Virus record (IMG/VR): IMGVR_UViG_3300029267_000655
Span: 1 to 60,552 of that record
Strand: one strand, 5' to 3'
Source of the DNA: a virus
Lineage: Duplodnaviria > Caudoviricetes
Length of the DNA: 60,552 bases
Shown here: positions 37,241-46,994 of the stretch, one piece after another
How the letters are laid out: each line of letters opens with the position of its first letter
Numbering within the stretch: position 1 is the first letter of the stretch
The notes under the pieces: generated by a model
Databases searched by the model: none
What the model was told of the DNA's origin: nothing
The model's input: the letters and a program-made list of their open reading frames with translations, nothing else
Position numbers and translations under genes: made by a program

Positions 37241-37641
37241 TATCTCAACTCCATACCGATAGCAGGCAAGTACGGTTCAGGCTTATCGCCTAGTCGGAAA
37301 CTGAACGAACGAAGAATCTTCTGCCCTACGTCTTCCTCTTCAGTGATCGGGTTGATGAACACAGTACCTAGGATTCGCCTACGTAGGTTCTGCGGTAGCT
37401 TCTCTCTGTTCGTGTAGATGTTTACTTCGTCACCACCTACGGTAAGTACCGTAACAGCCCTAAATCGTCCTCTAGCGTCCTTTCCTGCCCTGATAGGTAC
37501 TTTACCGCCTTCGGGACCGATAGAGCGTCCTACAGCCCTTCTCTGCCCTCTACGAAGCTTCGGTAGGGGTTTCGGTTGTCCTTCTGTGTCGTCGAACTCC
37601 TTATCAGCGTCTACTTCGTTTGTTGTTCTTTCGTCTGTCAT
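37240..37641 (-). CDS. Hypothetical protein between terS and terL
   Basis: AAGGAG RBS; coupled to terL. Confidence 0.6.
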   Translation of the reverse strand: MTDERTTNEVDADKEFDDTEGQPKPLPKLRRGQRRAVGRSIGPEGGKVPIRAGKDARGRFRAVTVLTVGGDEVNIYTNREKLPQNLRRRILGTVFINPITEEEDVGQKILRSFSFRLGDKPEPYLPAIGMELR

Positions 37642-37646
37642 AGTGC

Positions 37647-38267
37647 CTACTCCTTCACCTTAGCTTGGACTTCGATCAGACGTTCTAGGCTGTCTGGTTC
37701 GTCTAGGTTCTCAGGCTCACCGTATAGAGAGTCCCAATCGAATGGTTGACTTTTACCTGTGCCCTCACCTTTAGAGTCGAGCATCCCTAGGTGTTTCATT
37801 ATCAGTTCAAGTGCTCCTAGCTTACCAACTAGCTTCAACTTGAACTGTTGGGTCTTCTCTCCGGTTATAGGGTTCTCCCTCTCTACCACTTCAAGACCGT
37901 CTATACATCGTCTCATCCTTTCTGGAATGTCCTTTAGGTTATTGATGATGATGTAACCATCTTCGTCACATAGGTCGATAGGATCACGCATTGCTATGTA
38001 AGCCAACTCACGCAATACGTCGTCCTGTTGAATCTGTAGCCTACGCTGTCGGTCTCCAAGTACCTTACCTAGATAGGCTTGGATCTTCCGTTGTTTGAGG
38101 AGCTTACCGGCAGTACTAGATGGATTCTTATAACCAACTCTCCTAGCCGCTTCAGTAGCGTTGAAGTTGGTATCAGCAGCTAGCTCCTCACAAAACATCC
38201 TTTGTTGGTCAGTCAATTTAGATGGATCAACACCACGTTGTCTTGATTTTACCAGCTGAGTTCCCAT
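37647..38267 (-). CDS. terS: Terminase small subunit
   Basis: LTDQQRMFCEE...NATEAARRVGY...LL...VLRELAYIA...KLGALELIMKHLGM. Confidence 0.92.
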   Translation of the reverse strand: MGTQLVKSRQRGVDPSKLTDQQRMFCEELAADTNFNATEAARRVGYKNPSSTAGKLLKQRKIQAYLGKVLGDRQRRLQIQQDDVLRELAYIAMRDPIDLCDEDGYIIINNLKDIPERMRRCIDGLEVVERENPITGEKTQQFKLKLVGKLGALELIMKHLGMLDSKGEGTGKSQPFDWDSLYGEPENLDEPDSLERLIEVQAKVKE

Positions 38268-38285
38268 CTTTTCTTACCCTACTCC

Positions 38286-38645
38286 CTACCTCTTATATAC
38301 ACAGCAGATTTTATCTCCGGTCTTCCTGCACACCACTTTGACACACGCCAAAATTAATTCTCGATGATCAACCATATCCCATGCACCGCAACCCATCCCA
38401 ATTTCGTTTTCAACCGCTGCGATGTCGTCCTCGGTAATCTCACCCACCCTGTCTAAGCTCAATCCCAAACCATACTCTACTTTCTCTTTCACTTCTAGGA
38501 CCGGGTGGTCTACTGTGTACGGTCCTCCTTCTGGTGTAGTCACCACCACTATTGCCTTGGCAGAGTCTTCATGTGGTTCAATAGAGACTACTTGGAAAGG
38601 GTTAAGAAACACAGAGGAACCACTACAAGTCAGTTCAACAAACAT
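38286..38645 (-). CDS. Hypothetical protein, possibly chimeric
   Basis: AAGGAG RBS; the 3' half has a different base composition. Confidence 0.6.
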   Translation of the reverse strand: MFVELTCSGSSVFLNPFQVVSIEPHEDSAKAIVVVTTPEGGPYTVDHPVLEVKEKVEYGLGLSLDRVGEITEDDIAAVENEIGMGCGAWDMVDHRELILACVKVVCRKTGDKICCVYKR

Positions 38646-38712
38646 AGTACCTACACTCCTTAGAAAAGCCTAGAACGTTATCGCCTACACAAGCTAGTTA
38701 AGCAAGCTCAGT

Positions 38713-38985
38713 CTACTTACGTTCCCTCAGTTCAGTCTCTACCCAAGCTCTAGCCTTATCCGAGTCTAGGTAGTACATAGGAAACGCACCACTAGTGTTT
38801 TCCGGGTCTAACCATTTGTCTTCGCAAGACACACATAGCTCTTGAATTCTCTTCAACACTAACTTGTCTACATCTTCTAGTGTTACTTCTCGGTAAAGAA
38901 CAACCGGGTCTCCTCTCTGTGTAGTGAGGAAAAGTACACAGATAGCAGCGAACACCATAATCATAAACAACCCAAAGTCAGTCAT
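38713..38985 (-). CDS. Small membrane-anchored hypothetical protein
   Basis: N-terminal hydrophobic helix. Confidence 0.55.
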   Translation of the reverse strand: MTDFGLFMIMVFAAICVLFLTTQRGDPVVLYREVTLEDVDKLVLKRIQELCVSCEDKWLDPENTSGAFPMYYLDSDKARAWVETELRERK

Positions 38986-39009
38986 GACTACATCTCTTTC
39001 TTTTAGGTC

Positions 39010-39291
39010 TCAAAGGTCGATACCCTTATTCACTTCGCTGCTCATCATCCTATCTAGTTCTAGCCTAGCGTTGTGGACGATGGTAGCTAAGTGGAAGTCT
39101 AGAGGACTCGTACTAGCTCTTAACTTACTCAACTCAGCAGTGAACCTAACTTGTCCGGGTTTGTCTCTAATCACTCCACTACCTAGTGTTCTCTCCCGTT
39201 GGTATTTAACGTGAATGAAGTTTCCTTCTCTCTCGATCACGATTCTTTCATTAGGCTTCAGAGCTTCTAGTTGGGGTAGTAGTTGACTCAT
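39010..39291 (-). CDS. Hypothetical protein
   Basis: Operon context. Confidence 0.55.
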   Translation of the reverse strand: MSQLLPQLEALKPNERIVIEREGNFIHVKYQRERTLGSGVIRDKPGQVRFTAELSKLRASTSPLDFHLATIVHNARLELDRMMSSEVNKGIDL

Positions 39292-39292
39292 C

Positions 39293-39487
39293 TTAATTGT
39301 TCTCCCACATACTTGATCGTCTAGGTTTACCCTTGATTTCGTTCAACTCCTTAACTAACTCACACACTGTACGCTCTAGGTCTTCAGTCTTATTTACCTC
39401 CTTAGTAAAAGACCAACTCAACACCCAGCTATGGATACACAGTAGACACAAAATACCGAAGCTAATCATATTCAGGTAGTTCTGCAT
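39293..39487 (-). CDS. Small membrane protein with coiled coil
   Basis: TM segment followed by heptads. Confidence 0.5.
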   Translation of the reverse strand: MQNYLNMISFGILCLLCIHSWVLSWSFTKEVNKTEDLERTVCELVKELNEIKGKPRRSSMWENN

Positions 39488-40808
39488 GATGTACCACTCG
39501 CTCCCAGAGAGTATTGATCTTGTTTGTAAGCTTCCACCGCTGCTTACCCGTTACTCCGTTCTTCTTCCTCTTGAACGTAGAGACTACTCCTAGCTGTCGT
39601 AAGAACTGAAGTAGTTCTGTAGCCTTCGCTGTCGTCACATTAGACATCAACGCTAGCGACTGCTTCTCTAACCCTTCGTCTCCTCTCTCGTGTAGTATCG
39701 AACACATATTCAACACCACACCCCTAGCAGTATCCAAAGCAACTTTCTCAACTCTTCTCATCACTTCCAAGTCGATAGTCCTACGGTTCATCACGTAAGC
39801 CAAACACTTAGCAAGACGCATTAGCTGAATAGTAAGTCTAGAACCAAACTCACGTTCAGCCGATTCCGATTGCATCTTAGACGGTCTAGCTCTCATATAT
39901 GCAACGAACTTACCAAGACTCATAATGTCCCGAAGAGTCTTCTCATCAACTTCGATGGTTGACATGCCCTTAGTAGCATTCTCTTTGAGCCAAGTAACGT
40001 AGCCTCCAGTCATCAACATAGCTTGACGCATTGCTGGATCGTGTTGACCGTCTTTAGACGCAGTAGCTTCTAAAGCCATGTTGTTATTAGCTCTGTTGAC
40101 TACCCGCCATAGAATCTCATCCTCTAGGTCATCGTCAATACCGTCCATGATAACGCAATCTAGGAACCTCTCACCTAGCTCACTACTATCAATAGACCGC
40201 AACGAACTTGTACCACAGAGAATGAAGGTCATACGAATGCCTTCATAACTCTTGCTAGCCTTGTTCCGGTAAGACGTTCTAGAGTTCGTATCATAGACGT
40301 CTCTAGCTTCGGAAAGTATCTGTCCCAGATTAGGACTCTGAAGAAGAGTGTCCCCGTCCTTGATGACTAGCGTCTTACCGTTGACTTGGGAGATTAGGCT
40401 GTGGTCTTCTTCTCCGTCTCCGTAACCGCTATGGAATCCTCGGATAGTAGACTTAGCCAGTACGTGTGTAGAGTTGACACTAACAGCTTCACATAGAGTA
40501 CTCTTGCCACAGCTAGCAGGACCGATGATCTTTACCCACAGTTGATCGCCTAGCACGTTGGTACTACTGATGCTCGCTAGCATTACCGACAAAGCACAAT
40601 CCAGACCGTCAGTCCACTTCAGTGCTTTACGCCAACTCTTGATCACTTCCCGATACTTGTCTGTGATAATCAAGTCAGACGAGTTAGCCGAATCTTTAGT
40701 ACTAGCCTTGTGAGTACCCTTAGCCCAAGAATCAGGAACCCTCTCTAGCTTCTGTAAGAGTCTGTTGAGCCTACGTAGTCTTATCTTTCTAGGTGATGCC
40801 TTTACCAC
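39462..40808 (-). CDS. AAA+ (MCM-like) replicative helicase/ATPase
   Basis: IIGPASCGKST, LVIKDGD, TFILCGT, LGERFL; adjacent to the primase. Confidence 0.8.
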   Translation of the reverse strand: MVKASPRKIRLRRLNRLLQKLERVPDSWAKGTHKASTKDSANSSDLIITDKYREVIKSWRKALKWTDGLDCALSVMLASISSTNVLGDQLWVKIIGPASCGKSTLCEAVSVNSTHVLAKSTIRGFHSGYGDGEEDHSLISQVNGKTLVIKDGDTLLQSPNLGQILSEARDVYDTNSRTSYRNKASKSYEGIRMTFILCGTSSLRSIDSSELGERFLDCVIMDGIDDDLEDEILWRVVNRANNNMALEATASKDGQHDPAMRQAMLMTGGYVTWLKENATKGMSTIEVDEKTLRDIMSLGKFVAYMRARPSKMQSESAEREFGSRLTIQLMRLAKCLAYVMNRRTIDLEVMRRVEKVALDTARGVVLNMCSILHERGDEGLEKQSLALMSNVTTAKATELLQFLRQLGVVSTFKRKKNGVTGKQRWKLTNKINTLWERVVHHAELPEYD

Positions 40809-40817
40809 GTCCTGTCC

Positions 40818-41696
40818 TTACAGTTTCTTTGTCAAGAAGTCTCGAATGTCCGTGCCTTCCGGTAGATTAGGATCAAACCCACCGTCACCCCAATTGATGT
40901 AGTTGACTTCTGTCGGGGGTTCCTTAGCTGTTAGCAGTATGTCCGCTACTCTCTGCATCCCTAGATAACCCGCAGGCTCCATAGTCTTACCGTTGATCTC
41001 CTTAGGTCGGTCACTGTCAAATAAGATGTTGACCGTCCTACCGCTAAAGAGTTTCAACCATCTAGAGTAGAATACATTCGCACCGGGGGTAGCTAATACA
41101 CAGGCACTACTAAACCTATCGCTACCATCAAACCCCATACACTCATGTAGAGCTATACCGTCCCACGGTCCTTCAGTGATGTAGATGTCTTGGTACTCTT
41201 CGGAGAAGTTACAGACACCGAACAAGTTATGATCAAGACCGGGACAGCAGAGTAACTTGTTCTTGTACTGTCCTTGCTTGTCTTTGATCCGAGTGTACTT
41301 GTATAGGACTGTGATAGCTCCTTCGGCATTGTACGCAGGAACTAACCAACTCCCGTTAAGAGTCCCTAGACAAACTCCCCAGTCTCTTAGACCGTCTTCC
41401 GTTAGTAGTCCTTTCTCCTTTCTCAACTCTGTGTAGTTTTCGGTGTTGTCATAACAGTCTTTCCAATAGTCCCGAATAAACTGATAGACGTTACCACCGC
41501 CCTTCTCTCCACCGGCATCACATACAACACACCTCCAAAACCCCGTATCTATCTTGACTGCGAACTTTCCTTCACGACTACAGAACGGGCAGTCAGCAGT
41601 AGCGTTCTTGTCGCCTTCACTCCACTGTAGATCAACACCATAAAACAAATACGGTCTAAGGTGTTCGGGGTTCTCTTTGAGGACTTTACTTCTCAC
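40818..41696 (-). CDS. DNA primase (zinc finger + TOPRIM)
   Basis: CPFC...CVVC, ITEGPWD, ILFDSD, DIRD. GTG start with AGGAG RBS. Confidence 0.85.
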   Translation of the reverse strand: MRSKVLKENPEHLRPYLFYGVDLQWSEGDKNATADCPFCSREGKFAVKIDTGFWRCVVCDAGGEKGGGNVYQFIRDYWKDCYDNTENYTELRKEKGLLTEDGLRDWGVCLGTLNGSWLVPAYNAEGAITVLYKYTRIKDKQGQYKNKLLCCPGLDHNLFGVCNFSEEYQDIYITEGPWDGIALHECMGFDGSDRFSSACVLATPGANVFYSRWLKLFSGRTVNILFDSDRPKEINGKTMEPAGYLGMQRVADILLTAKEPPTEVNYINWGDGGFDPNLPEGTDIRDFLTKKL

Positions 41697-41718
41697 GTAG
41701 TCTACTCCTACACAAGAC

Positions 41719-41756
41719 GTAGACGGCAGGAACCCGTTAAGACTCCTGCCGTCTAC
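41719..41756. terminator. Perfect 13-bp hairpin upstream of the primase gene
   Basis: GTAGACGGCAGGA/TCCTGCCGTCTAC. Confidence 0.5.
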
Positions 41757-41774
41757 TAACACATCAACCAATAC

Positions 41775-42416
41775 CTATTGTAACCGACGTAGCAACTCTG
41801 CTTGAGCTTCGTCTATTCTCTGTAGTGCTCTAGGTTGATCCTGACCCATAGCAAAGCACTTAACCATCTCACGAGCCAAGTTAAAACCGATTCCTACAAT
41901 ACCTACCAAATCAACATTATCAGGTTGGTTCTCTTGGTCTTCCGGTGGCTCAGCAAAACCCGACAAGTTGACGCTATAGCTCGAAGGAGCGGGAATACAA
42001 CTGTCAACAACTCTAGCTTCTTCTTGTCGGTTTCGGTTCTCCTCTCTAGCAGACTCTTCACAGAACTTGTCTGGGTATCTAGTTCTAAGCTTTTCGATGT
42101 TAGCTGCCATAACGAAACCGAAGTCAAGTTGTATAGCATTACAGATAAGAGCTAGATACCAGCAACAGTCTCCTACCTCTTCTTTGATGTTTGTTTCGTC
42201 TAATCCTTGACCGTAGTACAACCACTTCTCTAGTTCAGAAGCTAGCTCTCCCACCTCACCAGTCAAACCTAACACACCGTGAATAAGTCTAATAGACGCT
42301 AACTCAGGCCAACCTGTAGTAAGCTCATTAGAGCAATCAATCAACCTATTTAGTGATCGTCTTTGGTCGCATTCTGTCCTAGACGCTGACACTTGGTACT
42401 TGCTCGGATTGATCAT
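41775..42416 (-). CDS. MazG-like nucleotide pyrophosphohydrolase (probable dTTPase/dUTPase)
   Basis: GLTGEVGEL...IKEEVGDCCWY...NIEKLRTRYP. Confidence 0.85.
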   Translation of the reverse strand: MINPSKYQVSASRTECDQRRSLNRLIDCSNELTTGWPELASIRLIHGVLGLTGEVGELASELEKWLYYGQGLDETNIKEEVGDCCWYLALICNAIQLDFGFVMAANIEKLRTRYPDKFCEESAREENRNRQEEARVVDSCIPAPSSYSVNLSGFAEPPEDQENQPDNVDLVGIVGIGFNLAREMVKCFAMGQDQPRALQRIDEAQAELLRRLQ

Positions 42417-42419
42417 TGT

Positions 42420-42977
42420 TCAATAGTTCCTTACTTCCCAAAACACGGTATTGAATCCGGGTAGCGTTCCCCACTTAATGCTAAACGTAGAGAACTCCAC
42501 AACATGACCAGGATATTTACTCAATAACTCTTGTAGCCAGTCGTAAGACTTAGGGCACAGACTTCGACGTAACAGCATTACAGCTTCAATCCCGTAGACT
42601 TGCCTACCATCTAGAGCTAGTGCGTCTCTCATAGGTAAACCGACTGCACTAGAGTAGAACAAACCTAAGCCTACAGGAGTCTGCTGAACTTCTCCTTGCA
42701 GCAAGTTACGTTCATGAGGAGCCATAGCACTGATGTAGAACTCATCGAGTCTACCCGCTCTCCTCAGTCTGTTGGCTACTCCTACTGATTCTAGTCTTCC
42801 GATGTTGTAGTATGTATCTCCTCCTCTTTTCCGGTTTCTAAAGTGAACCTTACCAAAGTACTTAGCTGACTTATACTCTTCGTAGTTATCCCAAGTCAGG
42901 CTAGCGTTACCAAACAACCCTTGTTTGTAGTACTTAACGAACTGAGCTTTGTTGTTGATAGGTCCGTTAGGTAACAC
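42420..42977 (-). CDS. Hypothetical protein, possibly ATP-grasp-like
   Basis: QGEV...VVEFS...VFWEVRNY resembles ATP-grasp C-terminal strands; weak. Confidence 0.45.
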   Translation of the reverse strand: MLPNGPINNKAQFVKYYKQGLFGNASLTWDNYEEYKSAKYFGKVHFRNRKRGGDTYYNIGRLESVGVANRLRRAGRLDEFYISAMAPHERNLLQGEVQQTPVGLGLFYSSAVGLPMRDALALDGRQVYGIEAVMLLRRSLCPKSYDWLQELLSKYPGHVVEFSTFSIKWGTLPGFNTVFWEVRNY

Positions 42978-44088
42978 GGGTAGCTTCCCGTCTTAGAATC
43001 CACTCGCTAGCAGCCATCTTCCAAAACGAGTCTTCAATATCGTTAGTAGCATCAATAGCTTTGATAGTGTCTCTTTCTTTGTAGTAGTAGTGGGCACGCA
43101 TCATAGGAGAAGCCACTTTACTAATGAACTCACTTTGACCTTCCCATCTACTAGTATCTCCTCTGTATTGAGGAGCGATAGTAGTGAAATCCGTGCAGAT
43201 CGGTCTATGTACGTCGAAAGGTACTCTAGCTCCATTCTCTGTTAGACTCTTGTTGATACTGATGTAGTTATCAGCGTGTCTAATGTATCCTTCGGGGTTC
43301 CATCTACTAGTGTAGACGTGAAGGTTATTGGTGAATTGATTGTATCTACCGATAGGAACATTCACCATCCTAGCTACGTATTCCTGAAGGAAAGAGAAGT
43401 GAACGACGTTCGCACCTAACATTCCCCAGATTAGATCATTGCTGCGGTTGCAGACAGTCATGTCCAGCTTACCGTCGTTGATTAGAAAGTAAGCATGAGT
43501 GTTACAGGGTACGTCTTTACCACCGTTCATAGCGTTGTGAAGGTCTCTCTTACCTACAGGACCTTCAGGGGTAATCCAGTTCGTAGAGTCCCACATCTGT
43601 AGAACACACCTACGACTATCCGGGTTGTCTTTCAATTCTTCACTAATAGCGAGAATCTGATCAAACCCAAACTGATTCCTCCACCTCTTACCGTAAGCAC
43701 CGTGTAGAGTCTTACCGTCATCGGAGTATCTACCGAAGTCCTTGATGTAATAAAGCAGAGGCTCTAAGTCGTCGCTACCGGACAACATCCAAAGAGTCTC
43801 GAACACATGGAAGAACGGGTTGCAGTCTCTAATAGGATTCAACAGGACTCTATTGGTAGGGTCTGTGAATGTGATATTGACTGGTACCAAGAGTTGGATA
43901 ACGTCTCCATCCCTACTATTACGTCTAGTCATCAACCTGTCTTCGTACGAGTATTCTTCAGTTCGAGTCTCGTACCTGTAAAAACCTAAGACTAAATCTT
44001 TGAATGCACTCTCCACACTAGAGTGCTCGAATCCAAAGCCTTCATTCATCCTACTCAGTCTTTCGTTAACCACAGTACGTCTCCACAC
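42967..44088 (-). CDS. Thymidylate synthase homolog, probable dUMP hydroxymethylase
   Basis: NPFFHVFETLWM, GAYGKRWR, KDVPCN (catalytic Cys), NRSND..WG..AN (Asn, dUMP specificity), NLHVY; neighbours are 5hmdU-modifying genes. Confidence 0.88.
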   Translation of the reverse strand: MWRRTVVNERLSRMNEGFGFEHSSVESAFKDLVLGFYRYETRTEEYSYEDRLMTRRNSRDGDVIQLLVPVNITFTDPTNRVLLNPIRDCNPFFHVFETLWMLSGSDDLEPLLYYIKDFGRYSDDGKTLHGAYGKRWRNQFGFDQILAISEELKDNPDSRRCVLQMWDSTNWITPEGPVGKRDLHNAMNGGKDVPCNTHAYFLINDGKLDMTVCNRSNDLIWGMLGANVVHFSFLQEYVARMVNVPIGRYNQFTNNLHVYTSRWNPEGYIRHADNYISINKSLTENGARVPFDVHRPICTDFTTIAPQYRGDTSRWEGQSEFISKVASPMMRAHYYYKERDTIKAIDATNDIEDSFWKMAASEWILRREATRVT

Positions 44089-44633
44089 TAGAAAGGAAGA
44101 TGACTTAGAGGGTAGTTGCTGTAGCGATACATAGAGTTCCCAACCGTAGGAAACACGTAAGACCTACCACCACACAACTCGAACTTGTCGCAGTTAGTAT
44201 CGCTATCGTCTATTAGTATTGTAGTAGGTTTAGCAAGTAGCTCCTTATGAGGTGTTAGCATGAACCGATCAAATTTTTTACCGAACATAGACTTGATCCA
44301 TCGAACCTTACCTGAGTGACTTGTGTGGCATCGACTAGGTGAAGATACGATGTACCACCTATTGCCTACGAACGACTCTACCCGCTCAATCAGTTCCTCG
44401 AAGTAGTTAGTCGGCAGTAACTCGAACCAGAAACTCTCTCCGGCTTCGTGTATCGGTTTCCAAAACTCGTCTAGAGAGCAACCCAACACGTCTGGTAGAT
44501 GCCAGTTCCCAGGATGATCCCGTAACCACACCTCGTCTAGCATCTCTCTGTCTATGTCTATCAGCTTGCAGTACCCTCCAACGAAGTCGGCCAGAACCCC
44601 ATCAAGGTCCAGAAACACGGTGAAATCAGTCAA
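44088..44633 (-). CDS. 5'(3')-deoxyribonucleotidase (HAD, NT5C-like)
   Basis: DLDGVLADF, SSPS, GKVRW, ILIDD. Confidence 0.85.
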   Translation of the reverse strand: MTDFTVFLDLDGVLADFVGGYCKLIDIDREMLDEVWLRDHPGNWHLPDVLGCSLDEFWKPIHEAGESFWFELLPTNYFEELIERVESFVGNRWYIVSSPSRCHTSHSGKVRWIKSMFGKKFDRFMLTPHKELLAKPTTILIDDSDTNCDKFELCGGRSYVFPTVGNSMYRYSNYPLSHLPF

Positions 44634-44775
44634 TTCTTGAGTCCTCCAAAGAATTTTCAGAAAAGTTGATGGTTTGGAGTTGTCTTCTACCGATAGCTAG
44701 ATAAGAATCTTCGGTGTTGAGTCAATTGGCGACTCACGCAAAAACAAACTCAGGTCAATCGAAAGGACCGCCAAG

Positions 44776-45177
44776 ATGCCTACCGCAACCCCGAAGAAGA
44801 AGACCGTCAAGAAGTCCTCTGCTAGCAAGACGGCTACCCCGAAGAAGAAGGCAGCAGCAAAGAAGACGACTACGAAGAAGAAGGCAGCAGCAAAGAAGGT
44901 AGCTACAAACAGTAGCGGAAGTAAGTTGGGTAAGCCTTTGATGGCTATTCTCGAAGTACTCAAAAAGGGTAAGTCACTTACCCGCTCTGAAATCTCTGCG
45001 GCTACAGGTATCAAGTCGGGTTTCACCTCATACCTAGGCCAAACAGACCCGGAGAAACGGGAAGAGGGAAGCCTCCTGGCACGTAAGCTTATCAAGATCG
45101 AGAAACACGATAGGGATGGTAAAGACGTGTTGGTTTACTCTATCACAGCTACAGGTAAGAAAGCAATATCAAGCTGA
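44776..45177 (+). CDS. Histone H1-like Lys/Ala-rich protein with a C-terminal winged helix
   Basis: TPKKK/KKKAAAKK repeats; ILEVL...LTRSEISAATG...YSITATGKKA; own RBS and terminator. Confidence 0.8.
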   Translation: MPTATPKKKTVKKSSASKTATPKKKAAAKKTTTKKKAAAKKVATNSSGSKLGKPLMAILEVLKKGKSLTRSEISAATGIKSGFTSYLGQTDPEKREEGSLLARKLIKIEKHDRDGKDVLVYSITATGKKAISS

Positions 45178-45195
45178 TTAAACCCGACCGGACAT

Positions 45196-45234
45196 AAACC
45201 CCACTAGAGCTACTTTGTTCTAGTGGGGTTTTTT
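45196..45234. terminator. Bidirectional terminator
   Basis: AAACCCCACTAGA/TCTAGTGGGGTTT between convergent genes. Confidence 0.75.
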
Positions 45235-46071
45235 CGTCAATTCTGCTATGTGGTCTGGATTGTTAGTACCTACGAGTGGTATATCTACCCACCTAGAAGC
45301 TTCCGTAAACGCCTCTGATGCCGTTTTGCGTAGCCTCCCCTGGTCTAGTGTGCTATGCCCTAGTGTCAGCATTCCTACTGATTTGCAGTATGGCAATATA
45401 GACTCACAAGCTCCCAGGTCATTCGAGTTTAACCGGACTTGTACCGACGACAGGTCATAGCCGAGAGACATCAGGCACCGTCTAACCGCTGTTATCTGAC
45501 CTAGAGAGTGGTTGGATACTCCTACGTGAAGAACCGTTCCGTTGTCTAACAGTTCTGCCAGTCCTTCGCAAGTTTGCTCCACCGAAGGTCCGCCTTCGTA
45601 GTTGGGCCAATGTATCTGGTACAAGAAGATAGAAGACACTTTCAGTCTATCTCTAGACCGTAGACCAGCATTGATTACAGCAGACTTGGACATATGGTTT
45701 CTTGCCACCTTTGTAGCAATCTTTGCTTTACATCCGGTTCTGCTGTAGATTTTACCTAGCTCTGTCTCTACTTTTCCATACCCATAACTTTCTGCGGTAT
45801 CAATCAAAACTAGACCTGATTCAGTTACTTGATTGATTACGTCTTCATTGTATTTCCACTTATAAGAACCCCAACCCAGTCTATGTTTTGCTCCACCTAT
45901 TACTTCGTCTCTTATGCGGTGGTTTTTACTGACTTTCTTGTCTACAGTTAGTATAGTCCCTCTATCTTGATTACTAAGTTGCTGATTCCAATTGTCATAG
46001 TCTTCAAGTCTTCCTCTACACTTGTTAGACCACATCAGTCCTCTAAGTCGGTCTCTAGCTATACTGTTCAT
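45220..46071 (-). CDS. Aldo/keto reductase
   Basis: Catalytic tetrad in IDTAESYG, IATKV and YQIHWP; VGVSN; VQ. Confidence 0.88.
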   Translation of the reverse strand: MNSIARDRLRGLMWSNKCRGRLEDYDNWNQQLSNQDRGTILTVDKKVSKNHRIRDEVIGGAKHRLGWGSYKWKYNEDVINQVTESGLVLIDTAESYGYGKVETELGKIYSRTGCKAKIATKVARNHMSKSAVINAGLRSRDRLKVSSIFLYQIHWPNYEGGPSVEQTCEGLAELLDNGTVLHVGVSNHSLGQITAVRRCLMSLGYDLSSVQVRLNSNDLGACESILPYCKSVGMLTLGHSTLDQGRLRKTASEAFTEASRWVDIPLVGTNNPDHIAELTKKPH

Positions 46072-46994
46072 AGAATGATCTCCAACACCTTGTCTGCAAC
46101 AAGCTTAGATAGACCTAGACCTAATCTATGTCCACCGGTGGCAACTACGATTCTGGAACTTACTTTATCGACCAAGAACCTATCTAGGACTGGTCTATAG
46201 CCTGTCTGTATCTTAACTGATTTGGGACTAGCTACTACAGTGTCCATAACCGTTCTTAGGTTTTTCAGTTTGTTGGGGCTTTCGACTTTCTCTGCTGTAT
46301 CTCCTACTTTGAGTCTTCCTTTTGTCCAAACCCTAACCGTGTGTTTTACATAGGGTTTTATCATTACTGATACTGGAAGTTCGGTAGTTGGCTTACCTTT
46401 ACAAGTTATACCTCTACCCAACAACTTACCAACACCTATCGGACTCATTCTACATACTTCGGTAAGTACAGAATCGGTTCTATACCCCGTCGCTAGTAAT
46501 ACAGACTTTGACTTAACAACAAACTCCTCTCCATTATCTATATTAGTGTAGAAAGTCTCTACGTAGTTCTGATGTTCTTCTATGTTCGACACTCTTCCTA
46601 CCCGCCTGATGTCGTTTACTTGGTCGGTAAGTGTCTCTGGTTCCGGTAAGTAGATTACTTTGCTTCTAGGTCTTATAGGTCTGTCTTGGTACATATTCCA
46701 AAAGTACTCAAGAACTTCATAGCCACCCACCGTCTTTAGCCAATCTATTGATTCACCTAACTTACTTCTGTCTAGGTTTTGAGGCCAGTACTTCGAGAAA
46801 ATGTCAGAAGAGTAAGCTCCAGGATCGCAAACAGCCGAAGCATTTCTACTTCCTGATTGTTTGTCTCCATCATCTATTATACAGCAGCTAATTCCTTTAG
46901 ACCTAGCTACATTAGCAGTAGCACTTCCCCAATAACCCGATCCCACTATCGTTAGGTCTATTGTCTTGTTTCCTACGGATTTTCTCGTCACCAT
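46068..46994 (-). CDS. FAD-dependent oxidoreductase (D-amino acid/glycine oxidase family)
   Basis: IVGSGYWG, SGSRNA, LATG, GYRP, VATGGHRLG. Confidence 0.85.
   Translation of the reverse strand: MVTRKSVGNKTIDLTIVGSGYWGSATANVARSKGISCCIIDDGDKQSGSRNASAVCDPGAYSSDIFSKYWPQNLDRSKLGESIDWLKTVGGYEVLEYFWNMYQDRPIRPRSKVIYLPEPETLTDQVNDIRRVGRVSNIEEHQNYVETFYTNIDNGEEFVVKSKSVLLATGYRTDSVLTEVCRMSPIGVGKLLGRGITCKGKPTTELPVSVMIKPYVKHTVRVWTKGRLKVGDTAEKVESPNKLKNLRTVMDTVVASPKSVKIQTGYRPVLDRFLVDKVSSRIVVATGGHRLGLGLSKLVADKVLEIIL

Noticed and set aside
42967-44088. Ordinary thymidylate synthase or dCMP hydroxymethylase
   Set aside because: Asn at the specificity position argues against dCMP, and the nearby 5hmdU kinase and AADT genes argue for a hydroxymethylase. 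A canonical ThyA is not formally excluded without an assay.
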